A stretch of 32,000 nucleotides of DNA from Xanthomonas phage X1. This document shows positions 24,385 to 32,000 of this stretch, one piece after another. The notes below the pieces were generated by a model that was not told the origin of the DNA, made no database searches, and saw only the letters and a program-made list of their open reading frames with translations. Both the position numbers and the translations under genes were made by a program. The first letter of the stretch is position 1. Each line of letters opens with the position of its first letter. Location: the sequence record OQ427096.1; one strand, given 5' to 3'.

Positions 24385-25388
24385 TGGCGTTCTTCAAGAC
24401 GATTGATTTCCTCAAAAGAAACAACGCGGCTATTCTTATCAACATCGTCTTGGCAAAGGACGTCATGACGATTGGTAAGAAGGTCGACGGTGAAAGAGTT
24501 GTGGTTGAGGCTTTGATGCTCGGTGACAAGCCATCCGAGAGTGAGGAAGAGCTGACCCAATATTGTCTTACAGTGAAAGGTTCACCTCCAGCACTCTGGG
24601 CACTCGACAATTGGTTCCCTGTGACACGGTTCTTCAAGGATCCCAGGTTCGTTCCAAAGTCAACCATCAAGGGAACACCTGAGGTACGCGATAAGGAGTT
24701 CCAGCAGAGGCAAGAGAAGTCATTAGTTGACGTCATCAACAAATGGAGTCAACCGATCAAGCTGGAAAACTTCCACATCAAACGAGCCGAACAGGCTCCT
24801 GAGATTGGACCACACGGAAAAGAGAACCTAGTTGATGTCGTGGTATGGGACGAACACAATTTTTCGTATAATGTGAGCTGTAAGATGTCTAAGGCAGCTG
24901 ACCTTGGCTCCGGTGGCATTGCTGGATTGCAGAAGTCGGTTCCTGAGTTGGTGACCAAACTCTACTATCAAGTCAAGATTGATCTGTATGAGTTAGGTTT
25001 CGAGGAAGGGAAGGTGTACGATATTCGTAACATCCCGACTGTGATGTACGGTATTCCGGACATCTACGCATACAAGATGTTCGCCGGATCAGATGAGGTT
25101 GGTGGCAAGATTGATTTCATCTACGTTGGACCCGATCAGGTTGATTACAATGGTGAGGAGTTCAACGGCAAGTTCTGGCCAGTGGAAGAGTATGCTAAGA
25201 AGAAGCCATACTACCTGCGGCTGAGAAAGAGAGACGTTCATGCGAACATGGTTCGCATCAACTTCACTAAGCTCAACTCACACGGACTTCCTTGCATTTT
25301 CACAACAGGATTGGGCGACTTTGCAGCAGCCCGTTTCGTAATTGATGATAGAGTGCCACCTAAGGCAACTGTGAGGCAACTATGCTAG
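24384..25388 (+). CDS. Hypothetical protein, possible nuclease-like core
   Basis: KENLVDVVVWDEHNFSYNVSCKMSKAADLGSGGIAGL; overlaps neighbours on both sides. Confidence 0.7.
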   Translation: MAFFKTIDFLKRNNAAILINIVLAKDVMTIGKKVDGERVVVEALMLGDKPSESEEELTQYCLTVKGSPPALWALDNWFPVTRFFKDPRFVPKSTIKGTPEVRDKEFQQRQEKSLVDVINKWSQPIKLENFHIKRAEQAPEIGPHGKENLVDVVVWDEHNFSYNVSCKMSKAADLGSGGIAGLQKSVPELVTKLYYQVKIDLYELGFEEGKVYDIRNIPTVMYGIPDIYAYKMFAGSDEVGGKIDFIYVGPDQVDYNGEEFNGKFWPVEEYAKKKPYYLRLRKRDVHANMVRINFTKLNSHGLPCIFTTGLGDFAAARFVIDDRVPPKATVRQLC

Positions 25389-26242
25389 TAGCAGAGAAGA
25401 AGCGGAAGAACATGAAGCACTTCCGAGAAATGAATGATAGAGTGTTCTGTGAATGGATCCTTGGCTATGAAGTCGATCAGCTTGATCTAAGTTGGAAGCT
25501 CGACGGATTCTTCCTCAGGTTCGGAAAGGACAAAGAGAACAAACCTTGGTTCCAGACTGCGCGCTCTCCTGTACTCTATGATCCAATGGAGATTATCTGG
25601 CACTCGCTTGAGAAAGGTTATGATCACACAGGCATGAGTCGAGCTGAGGTCTATTTCCACCTTATCAAGACAATTTGGGATTCGAACATCATGAATCACT
25701 TGCCAGAAGACTCTGGGTTCGAGTGTGAAGTGTTCGACAAGTCGATGTCTGTCTTGAACAGGGAGAACAACACCAGAACGTTCGTGAACATTCCGTACGA
25801 CGAAGAGTTCTTTAAGACAGATCTCACGTTGGCTATCTACAAGCTCATTGAGGCAGCAACAGCTGAGACATGGATTGATGGGTACTACTGTGACCTGAAT
25901 CTAGACGACAACATCCAGACATTTGGCACTCGTTTCAAGATTGACTTCACCGCGAAATACTACTTTGAGTGTGGTGTCAAAGGCATCACAGGCAACGGAA
26001 AGCTTCTTCCTATTCTGGAATCTCGCCGCCAGGCAGATAGAGAAACCAAACTTGGAATGAAGGCAGTGATCGCAACACTCAAAGATCAATTCTGTTACTA
26101 TGTCTTGAAGCAGGCTCAAGATCATCACAAGATGGGAAAGAATTTCGAAGGGGTTGTCATCACCGTAAATAAGACAGAGTATAAAATTGTCACAGACTAC
26201 TTCCGAGACTTGATCTACTTCAAGGGAGTGATGGGTGGATAA
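25382..26242 (+). CDS. Putative ATP-dependent ligase/nucleotidyltransferase-fold protein
   Basis: Motif I-like SWKLDGFFLRFG, motif III-like FECEVF, motif IV-like FEGVVIT, motif V-like TEYKIVTDYF. Confidence 0.6.
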   Translation: MLVAEKKRKNMKHFREMNDRVFCEWILGYEVDQLDLSWKLDGFFLRFGKDKENKPWFQTARSPVLYDPMEIIWHSLEKGYDHTGMSRAEVYFHLIKTIWDSNIMNHLPEDSGFECEVFDKSMSVLNRENNTRTFVNIPYDEEFFKTDLTLAIYKLIEAATAETWIDGYYCDLNLDDNIQTFGTRFKIDFTAKYYFECGVKGITGNGKLLPILESRRQADRETKLGMKAVIATLKDQFCYYVLKQAQDHHKMGKNFEGVVITVNKTEYKIVTDYFRDLIYFKGVMGG

Positions 26243-26723
26243 TTTTGACTTGTTCTTCGGAAGGTTCCAGCCGGTTCACAGTGGACATCTTGCTGTTCTC
26301 GAGAGGATGAACAACCCTGTTGTCGTCATCGTCAAAGGAAAGGTGTCATCGAAGGACACGGAGAAGAACCCTTTCGACTTCGCCTATCAGAAGATGCTTC
26401 TAGAGAAGGTGAAGCCTGATGTTAGGGTGTTCCAGTCAGAGACTGGATATCTCCCGGACATTATCAAGATGCTTGGTGATTGTCCTGATGCTGTCTACTG
26501 CGGTTCCGATCGCATTGGACAGTACAAGGCGCAGATGGAACGCGCCAACAAAGAGCTTGATGAGCTGTGTCTCGTCAGGTTCATTGAAACGGAGCGTGTG
26601 ACATCTGCTTCCGTTGTTCGTGAGGCCATCCGGTCTGGCGATAGAAAAGCCTTTAAGGCCAATGTCCCTAGAGCAATCTGGGATCAGTACTCAACAATGA
26701 AAAAGAGGTTAGAAAATGGTTGA
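26235..26723 (+). CDS. Cytidylyltransferase-like (NMN adenylyltransferase / HIGH superfamily) protein
   Basis: FFGRFQPVHSGHLAVLE (HxGH) and VTSASVVREAIRSGD (ISxTxxR-like); GTG start. Confidence 0.8.
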   Translation: MDNFDLFFGRFQPVHSGHLAVLERMNNPVVVIVKGKVSSKDTEKNPFDFAYQKMLLEKVKPDVRVFQSETGYLPDIIKMLGDCPDAVYCGSDRIGQYKAQMERANKELDELCLVRFIETERVTSASVVREAIRSGDRKAFKANVPRAIWDQYSTMKKRLENG

Positions 26724-26946
26724 CTTGACAGTAACTATTCCGTCGTTCGAAGACTTCCTGGCAGAAGATGCAAAGGCAATCTCGGATGCAAATCATCACA
26801 GGAAGAATGGCGACGGCGAAGGCTGCGACTTGAAGCCTGTTGTTTCGGACAAGGGCTCGACCACTCCAGAAGTGATTGAGAAGTCGGACAATGCTGCACC
26901 TGGCGACGACAATGGCGAAACTCTGCCTAAGCCACCGGTGAGCTAA
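26716..26946 (+). CDS. Small hypothetical protein
   Basis: 76 aa, overlaps the upstream stop. Confidence 0.55.
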   Translation: MVDLTVTIPSFEDFLAEDAKAISDANHHRKNGDGEGCDLKPVVSDKGSTTPEVIEKSDNAAPGDDNGETLPKPPVS

Positions 26947-26947
26947 G

Positions 26948-27838
26948 ATGAGCGAAGGCGCCAACGTAACTGCAGGTGTGGCGAATCCAGACAACGTCAT
27001 GCCGCCCGAGAAGCCACAGAAGCGGAAGGGAGAAGGAGAGTTCGCAAAGGAAATCAATGCGGCTGTCTCACAGGCTGGTAAGAAGCTGGTAGAGTCTCTG
27101 TTGGAAGCGAAGGCGCCTAAGCAATTTGGCTTGGGCGACAAAGTAAAACTCAACGGCAAGCCTGGGCGAATCACTTCGGTTGTCAGCACGACAGCTGAAG
27201 ATGGTAATCCAGGGACTCACTGGAAGGTATCTATCAGGTACGAAGATGGCAAGGAAAAGACTTACATGTCTAACCGTGCCAAGATCGTTGTGGTAGAGAA
27301 GCACCCTCAGTACAACAAGCAAGCAGAATGGCATCAAAAGGATGCTATGGCAGCTAAGCGTGGTGCAGACTACACTCGTCATCACTCTGAGATGGCCAAG
27401 TACCATGATACCATGGTCAAGCATCACGACTACGAAGGCAACACTGAAGAAGCAGACAAGCACCGCGAAGCAGCTGTGACGCATCGTGCTGAATCTGAGA
27501 AGCGTGCTAAGGAAGCCGCAGCAGGTGGAGGCTTTGTAACCAAGCGTGAGATGCAGTCCAAGCAACAGCAAGCCTATCGCAACCATGTAGCTGACGAACG
27601 CGAAAAGAAGCGACAGTGGGAAGAAGCTCGTAAGACAGCGGCGGCTAATCGCAAGTCCTACAAGCACTACTACTCTGTTCCTTTCGCTGACAAGGATGAA
27701 GCTAAGTCGAAGGGATTCAAGTGGGATCCAAACGAGAAGAAGTGGTACGTTACTTCTCAATTCCCGAAGCCAGGCACAATGAAGTGGAAGGCTTCGCACT
27801 CCGTCGATGAAAAGACAGGAAAGAAAGTCGATGATTGA
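26948..27838 (+). CDS. Hypothetical protein with C-terminal DUF5710-like segment
   Basis: YYSVPFADKDEAKSKGFKWDPNEKKWYV; Lys/Ala/His-rich central region. Confidence 0.7.
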   Translation: MSEGANVTAGVANPDNVMPPEKPQKRKGEGEFAKEINAAVSQAGKKLVESLLEAKAPKQFGLGDKVKLNGKPGRITSVVSTTAEDGNPGTHWKVSIRYEDGKEKTYMSNRAKIVVVEKHPQYNKQAEWHQKDAMAAKRGADYTRHHSEMAKYHDTMVKHHDYEGNTEEADKHREAAVTHRAESEKRAKEAAAGGGFVTKREMQSKQQQAYRNHVADEREKKRQWEEARKTAAANRKSYKHYYSVPFADKDEAKSKGFKWDPNEKKWYVTSQFPKPGTMKWKASHSVDEKTGKKVDD

Positions 27839-28247
27839 TTTCGATACATGGTTGTACGAAGATCTCAAAGTTCCCAACGCCAAGGATGGCAAAGGGAAAA
27901 TGCGTCATGGTATGCCACAGCTTACGCAGTTTGATGCGTTCATGGCAGACCTAAAAGACAACGACATTAGCACAGAGATCAAGTCGTTGAGTCCATGGAA
28001 GTTGAAGCCTACACAGAGCAACTTCAATGAGGATAAGGTCGACTTCCTGATCTCGAGTGCTAAGTGGGAAGCGAAGCCTATAATTACAAGTGCCGACAAC
28101 TATGTCGTAGATGGGCATCATCGCTGGTTGGCGGCAGCAAAGTTCGGGAAGAAGATTCAATCAAGAGTCATTGGCATGGAGTGCGATGACCTGTTGAAGT
28201 TCCTCAAGGGCAAATCCTATGTTGAAACAAAGACAATTAACGAGTGA
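27831..28247 (+). CDS. ParB/Srx-like nuclease domain protein
   Basis: LKPTQSNFNEDKVD...PIITSADNYVVDGHHRWLAAAKFG. Confidence 0.75.
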   Translation: MIDFDTWLYEDLKVPNAKDGKGKMRHGMPQLTQFDAFMADLKDNDISTEIKSLSPWKLKPTQSNFNEDKVDFLISSAKWEAKPIITSADNYVVDGHHRWLAAAKFGKKIQSRVIGMECDDLLKFLKGKSYVETKTINE

Positions 28248-28252
28248 TGTGA

Positions 28253-29035
28253 ATGGCGCTTCGAACCCCTGCACCAATTAGATTTTCTCTGGAGATTCCA
28301 GAGCTAAACAAGACGATCTCTTATCGCGCCCTTAAGGTCGGTGAGCAGAAGTCTCTGTTGACTGTTCTTGAGCTGAAGGATGCTTCAGCGATCATCAACA
28401 CGATTGTAGACATCATTGATGGCATTACGTTTGGCGAGCTTGATCTTGCTAAGACGCCTATGCATCTCATTGACTTCATCTTCCTGCACGCATACATCAA
28501 GTCGTCAGGTGCTCGCTCAAAGGCTGAGTACACCTGTGGTGGCGAGATTGAAGTAGAAGAGGAAGTCGAGCTCGAGGAAGGCAAGAAGGAAATTGTCACC
28601 AAGACTGTTCCTTGTGGATCCAGGCACGAACTGCTCCTCAATCTCGAGAATGCCACGATTAAATATCCAGAAGGATATAAGGCTTCTAAGCTGGTACAGA
28701 TCGATGACTCGATGTCTATCAAACTGAAGATGCCTGACTTCGCCAGCTTCAAGAAGCTCGACCTAGACGCAGACGTCATTGGTATCTCAGACCAGTACAT
28801 CTTCTCTGGCATTGAGTACATTCTTGATGGCGAGAACATGTCTGTCCCGGGTGCGGATTTCGACTTCGATGAAATGACGACTTGGCTCAACGAACTGCCT
28901 TCCACGGCGCTTGATCAGATCACGGAATTCTTCGAAGGCGTTCCTGTCCTGTCCCTTAATGTGGACGTGACTTGCCCTAAGTGCGGCAGGAAGGATGGTT
29001 TCGAGCTTCAAGGGCTCGACGATTTTTTCCTGTAA
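28253..29035 (+). CDS. 26: gp26-like baseplate hub / tail assembly protein (T4_baseplate family)
   Basis: ISYRALKVGEQKSLLTVLE, IINTIVDIIDGITFGELDLAKTPMHLIDFIFLHAYIKSSG, C-terminal CPKCGRKDGFELQGLDDFF. Confidence 0.75.
   Translation: MALRTPAPIRFSLEIPELNKTISYRALKVGEQKSLLTVLELKDASAIINTIVDIIDGITFGELDLAKTPMHLIDFIFLHAYIKSSGARSKAEYTCGGEIEVEEEVELEEGKKEIVTKTVPCGSRHELLLNLENATIKYPEGYKASKLVQIDDSMSIKLKMPDFASFKKLDLDADVIGISDQYIFSGIEYILDGENMSVPGADFDFDEMTTWLNELPSTALDQITEFFEGVPVLSLNVDVTCPKCGRKDGFELQGLDDFFL
29023..29029 (+). other. Candidate -1 programmed ribosomal frameshift heptamer T TTT TTC
   Basis: Zero-frame codons GAT TTT TTC CTG TAA; the -1 frame stays open to 29202, giving a 316-aa fusion. Confidence 0.6.
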
Positions 29036-29202
29036 TCTATCCAGCTAACAAGCTAGTAGACATGCTAGAACTGAGGCACCTACTAGTAACAGAACACGGA
29101 TATCGTCTGGACGAACTGGATGATATGCCTTTGTTCGAGATTGAAATGACCTCTTTGATTGCAGTTGAAACCCAGAAAAGAAAGATGAATCAATTAGGTT
29201 AA
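29029..29202 (+). CDS. -1 frame extension of the gp26-like protein, or a separate small ORF from ATG 29062
   Basis: PVIYPANKLVDMLELRHLLVTEHGYRLDELDDMPLFEIEMTSLIAVETQKRKMNQLG, immediately before the large tail/structural gene. Confidence 0.55.
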   Translation, partial: PVIYPANKLVDMLELRHLLVTEHGYRLDELDDMPLFEIEMTSLIAVETQKRKMNQLG

Positions 29203-29208
29203 GGTAAA

Positions 29209-31434
29209 ATGCTTCCAGCACTTCTAAGAACAGTTGGTTCTTCATTGTTGAGATCAGAGGCGGTTAGTGCAGGTGCTAACCGCCTTGTCGTCGCTTCGAG
29301 ACTCAACAAGGTCGCAGGTAACAAGCTAGTCCAAGGACTTGCGAAACACTCTGGAGCTTCCAAAGTTCCGGCGCTGGATAAGATTGGTAGTTATCTTAGC
29401 AAGGTTCCTTCAGGAAAAGAGAAGGAAAAGAAAGAACGTGGTACATCCACTTCTTCATCTTCTAAGAACCGTGATAAGGCCCGTGATGATGCTGCCAAGA
29501 ATCAAGAGCGTCAAGACAAGGCTGAGAAGGAATCCCTAGGTGTACAGGAAGAGAATGCAAGCCTTCTAAAGGTCATTGCAAAGGACACTGTACGCGTCCG
29601 TGATGCGGTCGAGGCCCTGGCTAAGAACGGTGTCGGTGGAGGCGCGGGCGGTGATGGAATGATGGACAAGCTGCTCAAGACCATCACTTCTCTGCCAGCA
29701 CTGCTCCCTTCTCTTCTCACTGGTCCTGCAGGCAAACTTGGCGGCTTTGTAACCAAGTTTGCATCTAAGATTCCTGGCGTTGGAAGACTCATGGGGTCAA
29801 TCGGAGGCATGGGTAAGGCAGGCGAAGCTGCAACGACTGTAGCTCGTGCGGGTGTAGCTGCGGAAGCAACTGCGGCAAGAGCAGGAGCCGCTGCTGTTGG
29901 ACGACATGCTCTCCGCGATCCCAAGACGGGTCGATTCATTGCACGTAGCGCAGTACAAGCCGCCGAGGTTGCTCCAAAGGGCATTCTGGCTAAGGCTGGT
30001 GCAGCTGCTGCGGGTGTTGGTGGTGCAAAGATTGCAGGTAAGGCAACAGGCGCAATTGGTAAGGGCATCGCAAAGACGGCAGGTAAGTCTCTACTCAAGA
30101 AGATTCCTATCATTGGTGCAATCGCAGGTCTTGGTCTGGCAGCAAACCGAGCATACGCTGGTGACTGGACAGGTGCAGGACTCGAAGCAGCTTCTGGTCT
30201 TGCAGGAACTATTCCTGGTATTGGTACAGCTGCAAGTCTTGGTCTTGACGCGGCTATCCTTGCGCGCGACCTTAAGAATGACGGAAGTTCGACACCTGCT
30301 GTAACCGCAGCAGCCAAGCCAGTTACTGCATCCAAGCCTCCGGTGCACACGGCTGCAATTGCAGCTGCTCCAGTGGTAGCGCAACGCAAAACCGCGGCAG
30401 CGACTGACTCCATGCAGGTCACTATGGCGAAGATGCTTGATGTGATGACTGACCGCTCCAAGGGCATCTACATCGTTCCTGCTGAGGTTGGAGCATCCAC
30501 TCTTCAGACTCGCTCGCCTTATAACCCTCAGGGTGTTCCAACAGGAAACAAATACGAGCCAATCGTCAGTGCAAGTCCATATGATTCAGCACCAAGCAGC
30601 ATCGGTCCCGCTACGGCAGGTCGTACAATGGGTGAGGGAACATCCGTAACCTCCGGTCAGACAATGCGAGGCGGTCGTGTTGAGATTGGTCCAACGGGAA
30701 ACTTTGAACGAGATCTTCTCAATCAGATTGCAGCAGGTGAGGCAGGTAAGGAAGGCTACGACTCGGTATGGAGTGGTTCTCGTGTCAAGCCAACCAAGCC
30801 TGTGTCTCAGATGACATTCGGCGAAGTGATGCAGTGGCAGCGTGATACGCTCAACGAACAAAAGAGCCGAGGCATCCCAGCAAATCGTCGTAGTTCCGCA
30901 GTAGGACGTTACCAGTTCATCAGTAGTACACTCAAGGCGCAGATGGCTGCGGCAGGATTTAAGGAAGATGATCTGTTCAATACTGAGAATCAGGATAAGC
31001 TCGCTCTTACTCTGATGAACCAGGGTGGCAACCTTGACAAGTTCAAGTCGGGTAGAATCTCAGCGGAGAAGTTCCAAGATTACATTGCATCACAGTGGGC
31101 ATCACAAAAGACAGCAAGCGGAGCAGGCATGTATAATGCTGCAGGCTTCAACCATGCAGGTCACAGCTCACTTGGATTCTTGAAGGCAGCTCAAGCGTCA
31201 GGTTCTCTGACGGCATCCTCAGGTTCTCCAACTGCAATGGTAAGAGATGCTGCACAGCAGAAGCAAGCCGCACGTATGGCGCCGATCGTTGTCAGCGCTC
31301 CTACACAGGTCGTTCAAAACGGGCAAAAGGAAGCCGCTGCTCCAAGAACAACGGCTTCGGCAACACCTGTGATTGTGCGTAATCCGGACTCGCCGGTTCG
31401 CTCCTACGTACTATCGCAAATCAGGACTTCTTGA
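29209..31434 (+). CDS. Large virion/tail structural protein with C-terminal lysozyme-like domain
   Basis: Ala/Gly-rich hydrophobic region (KKIPIIGAIAGLGLAANRAYAGDWTGAGLEAASGLAGTIPGIGTAASLGLD) followed by LLNQIAAGEAGKEGYDSVW...SAVGRYQFISSTLKAQM...FQDYIASQWAS. Confidence 0.8.
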   Translation: MLPALLRTVGSSLLRSEAVSAGANRLVVASRLNKVAGNKLVQGLAKHSGASKVPALDKIGSYLSKVPSGKEKEKKERGTSTSSSSKNRDKARDDAAKNQERQDKAEKESLGVQEENASLLKVIAKDTVRVRDAVEALAKNGVGGGAGGDGMMDKLLKTITSLPALLPSLLTGPAGKLGGFVTKFASKIPGVGRLMGSIGGMGKAGEAATTVARAGVAAEATAARAGAAAVGRHALRDPKTGRFIARSAVQAAEVAPKGILAKAGAAAAGVGGAKIAGKATGAIGKGIAKTAGKSLLKKIPIIGAIAGLGLAANRAYAGDWTGAGLEAASGLAGTIPGIGTAASLGLDAAILARDLKNDGSSTPAVTAAAKPVTASKPPVHTAAIAAAPVVAQRKTAAATDSMQVTMAKMLDVMTDRSKGIYIVPAEVGASTLQTRSPYNPQGVPTGNKYEPIVSASPYDSAPSSIGPATAGRTMGEGTSVTSGQTMRGGRVEIGPTGNFERDLLNQIAAGEAGKEGYDSVWSGSRVKPTKPVSQMTFGEVMQWQRDTLNEQKSRGIPANRRSSAVGRYQFISSTLKAQMAAAGFKEDDLFNTENQDKLALTLMNQGGNLDKFKSGRISAEKFQDYIASQWASQKTASGAGMYNAAGFNHAGHSSLGFLKAAQASGSLTASSGSPTAMVRDAAQQKQAARMAPIVVSAPTQVVQNGQKEAAAPRTTASATPVIVRNPDSPVRSYVLSQIRTS

Positions 31435-31993
31435 GCTTCTTCTTGAGCTCTTGAATCTCATCGTAGTACTTCTGAGACTGGGACGTCAATTCGGCGTTCC
31501 AGACTTTGCATTGGTTGAGTCGGTCAAGATAGAGTTGAGACTCTCCTGCGAAACTCCAAAGAAATTGGCTAGTTTGTGGAGAAAGTAGTTCTCCTGTGTT
31601 GGTGTTGGATCCGTTACTGCCGCTGGTGCTTCCTTGACCACCGGTGGATCCGGAATTACCACTTGCTGATGGGTCGCGCAGGCGGATACCAGCAAGCTTA
31701 GACACAGCAGCATCGAGAGAAGCAGTGCGCGCCACATAGGCTTTGTCGAGTTCATTCTTTTTGTCCTTGAGACTGGTTTCAAATGTCAATTTGAGATTAG
31801 CAGATGCGCCTTCAGCCGTAGCCACCTTGGTCGCCATTTCGGCAACCTCGGCTTTGTGCGTAGCTTGAATGGCATCAATTTGTAGACCCTTGACATACCA
31901 GATTGAGCCTGCGCCACCACCTACACCCAGTACGAGTGCGATGCCGATGCCCCAAAGGAATGTCTGGGTATTCAATGCAAGTTTGCTTAGCAT
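31421..31993 (-). CDS. Rz: i-spanin (Rz-like)
   Basis: N-terminal TM (FLWGIGIALVLGVGGGAGSIWYV), long charged helical periplasmic region, embedded Rz1 in another frame. Confidence 0.78.
   Translation of the reverse strand: MLSKLALNTQTFLWGIGIALVLGVGGGAGSIWYVKGLQIDAIQATHKAEVAEMATKVATAEGASANLKLTFETSLKDKKNELDKAYVARTASLDAAVSKLAGIRLRDPSASGNSGSTGGQGSTSGSNGSNTNTGELLSPQTSQFLWSFAGESQLYLDRLNQCKVWNAELTSQSQKYYDEIQELKKKLKKS
31486..31782 (-). CDS. Rz1: o-spanin (Rz1-like lipoprotein), fully embedded in Rz
   Basis: Signal peptide and lipobox LLLSMLLCLSLLVSAC, Pro-rich mature part (VIPDPPVVKEAPAAVTDPTPTQ). True start may be the internal MWRALLL. Confidence 0.78.
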   Translation of the reverse strand: MKPVSRTKRMNSTKPMWRALLLSMLLCLSLLVSACATHQQVVIPDPPVVKEAPAAVTDPTPTQENYFLHKLANFFGVSQESLNSILTDSTNAKSGTPN

Positions 31994-32000
31994 TATAGGT

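Noticed and set aside
29511-30467. 318-aa minus-strand open frame
   Set aside because: Antisense to an Ala/Gly-rich stretch of the structural protein; low-complexity composition explains the lack of stops.
31431-31457. Short CTTCTTGAG-type direct repeats at the tail gene/spanin junction
   Set aside because: They encode the Lys/Leu-rich end of the i-spanin (LKKKLKKS) and are explained by amino-acid composition.
1-32000. CRISPR array or tandem direct-repeat array
   Set aside because: No regularly spaced direct repeats were seen; the only notable repeats are the three ~20-bp element copies around the AAA+ gene.

Overview
This 32 kb window is densely packed, almost entirely plus-strand phage DNA from the T4-like (myovirus) superfamily. 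From the left end it follows the T4 replication core: a gp55-like late sigma C-terminus, gp47, gp46, gp45 clamp, gp44/gp62 clamp loader, RegA, dUTPase, gp43 DNA polymerase, UvsX and, further on, the gp41 helicase. Between UvsX and gp41 lies a probable 7-deazaguanine DNA-modification locus: folE, an ATP-pyrophosphatase (PAPS-reductase fold) ORF, a PIG-L/LmbE-like deacetylase, an unknown ORF, a GT-B glycosyltransferase, a DpdA/TGT-like transglycosylase, a divergent QueD-like ORF and a QueE-like radical SAM ORF with a split Cys motif. The right half has a lone minus-strand AAA+ ATPase bracketed by long inverted repeats. It is followed by a nucleotidyltransferase-like / nuclease-like / ligase-like / NMNAT-like cassette. 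The window ends with baseplate and tail genes (gp26-like, lysozyme-containing structural protein) and a minus-strand Rz/Rz1 embedded spanin pair. Strongest second-look items: (1) the deazaguanine locus with glycosyltransferase plus deacetylase, (2) a canonical T TTT TTC slippery heptamer at the end of the gp26-like gene, which would fuse it to a 57-aa -1 frame extension, (3) the repeat-flanked AAA+ gene, (4) the ligase/nucleotidyltransferase cassette. All family calls come from reading motifs by eye; no database search was run.
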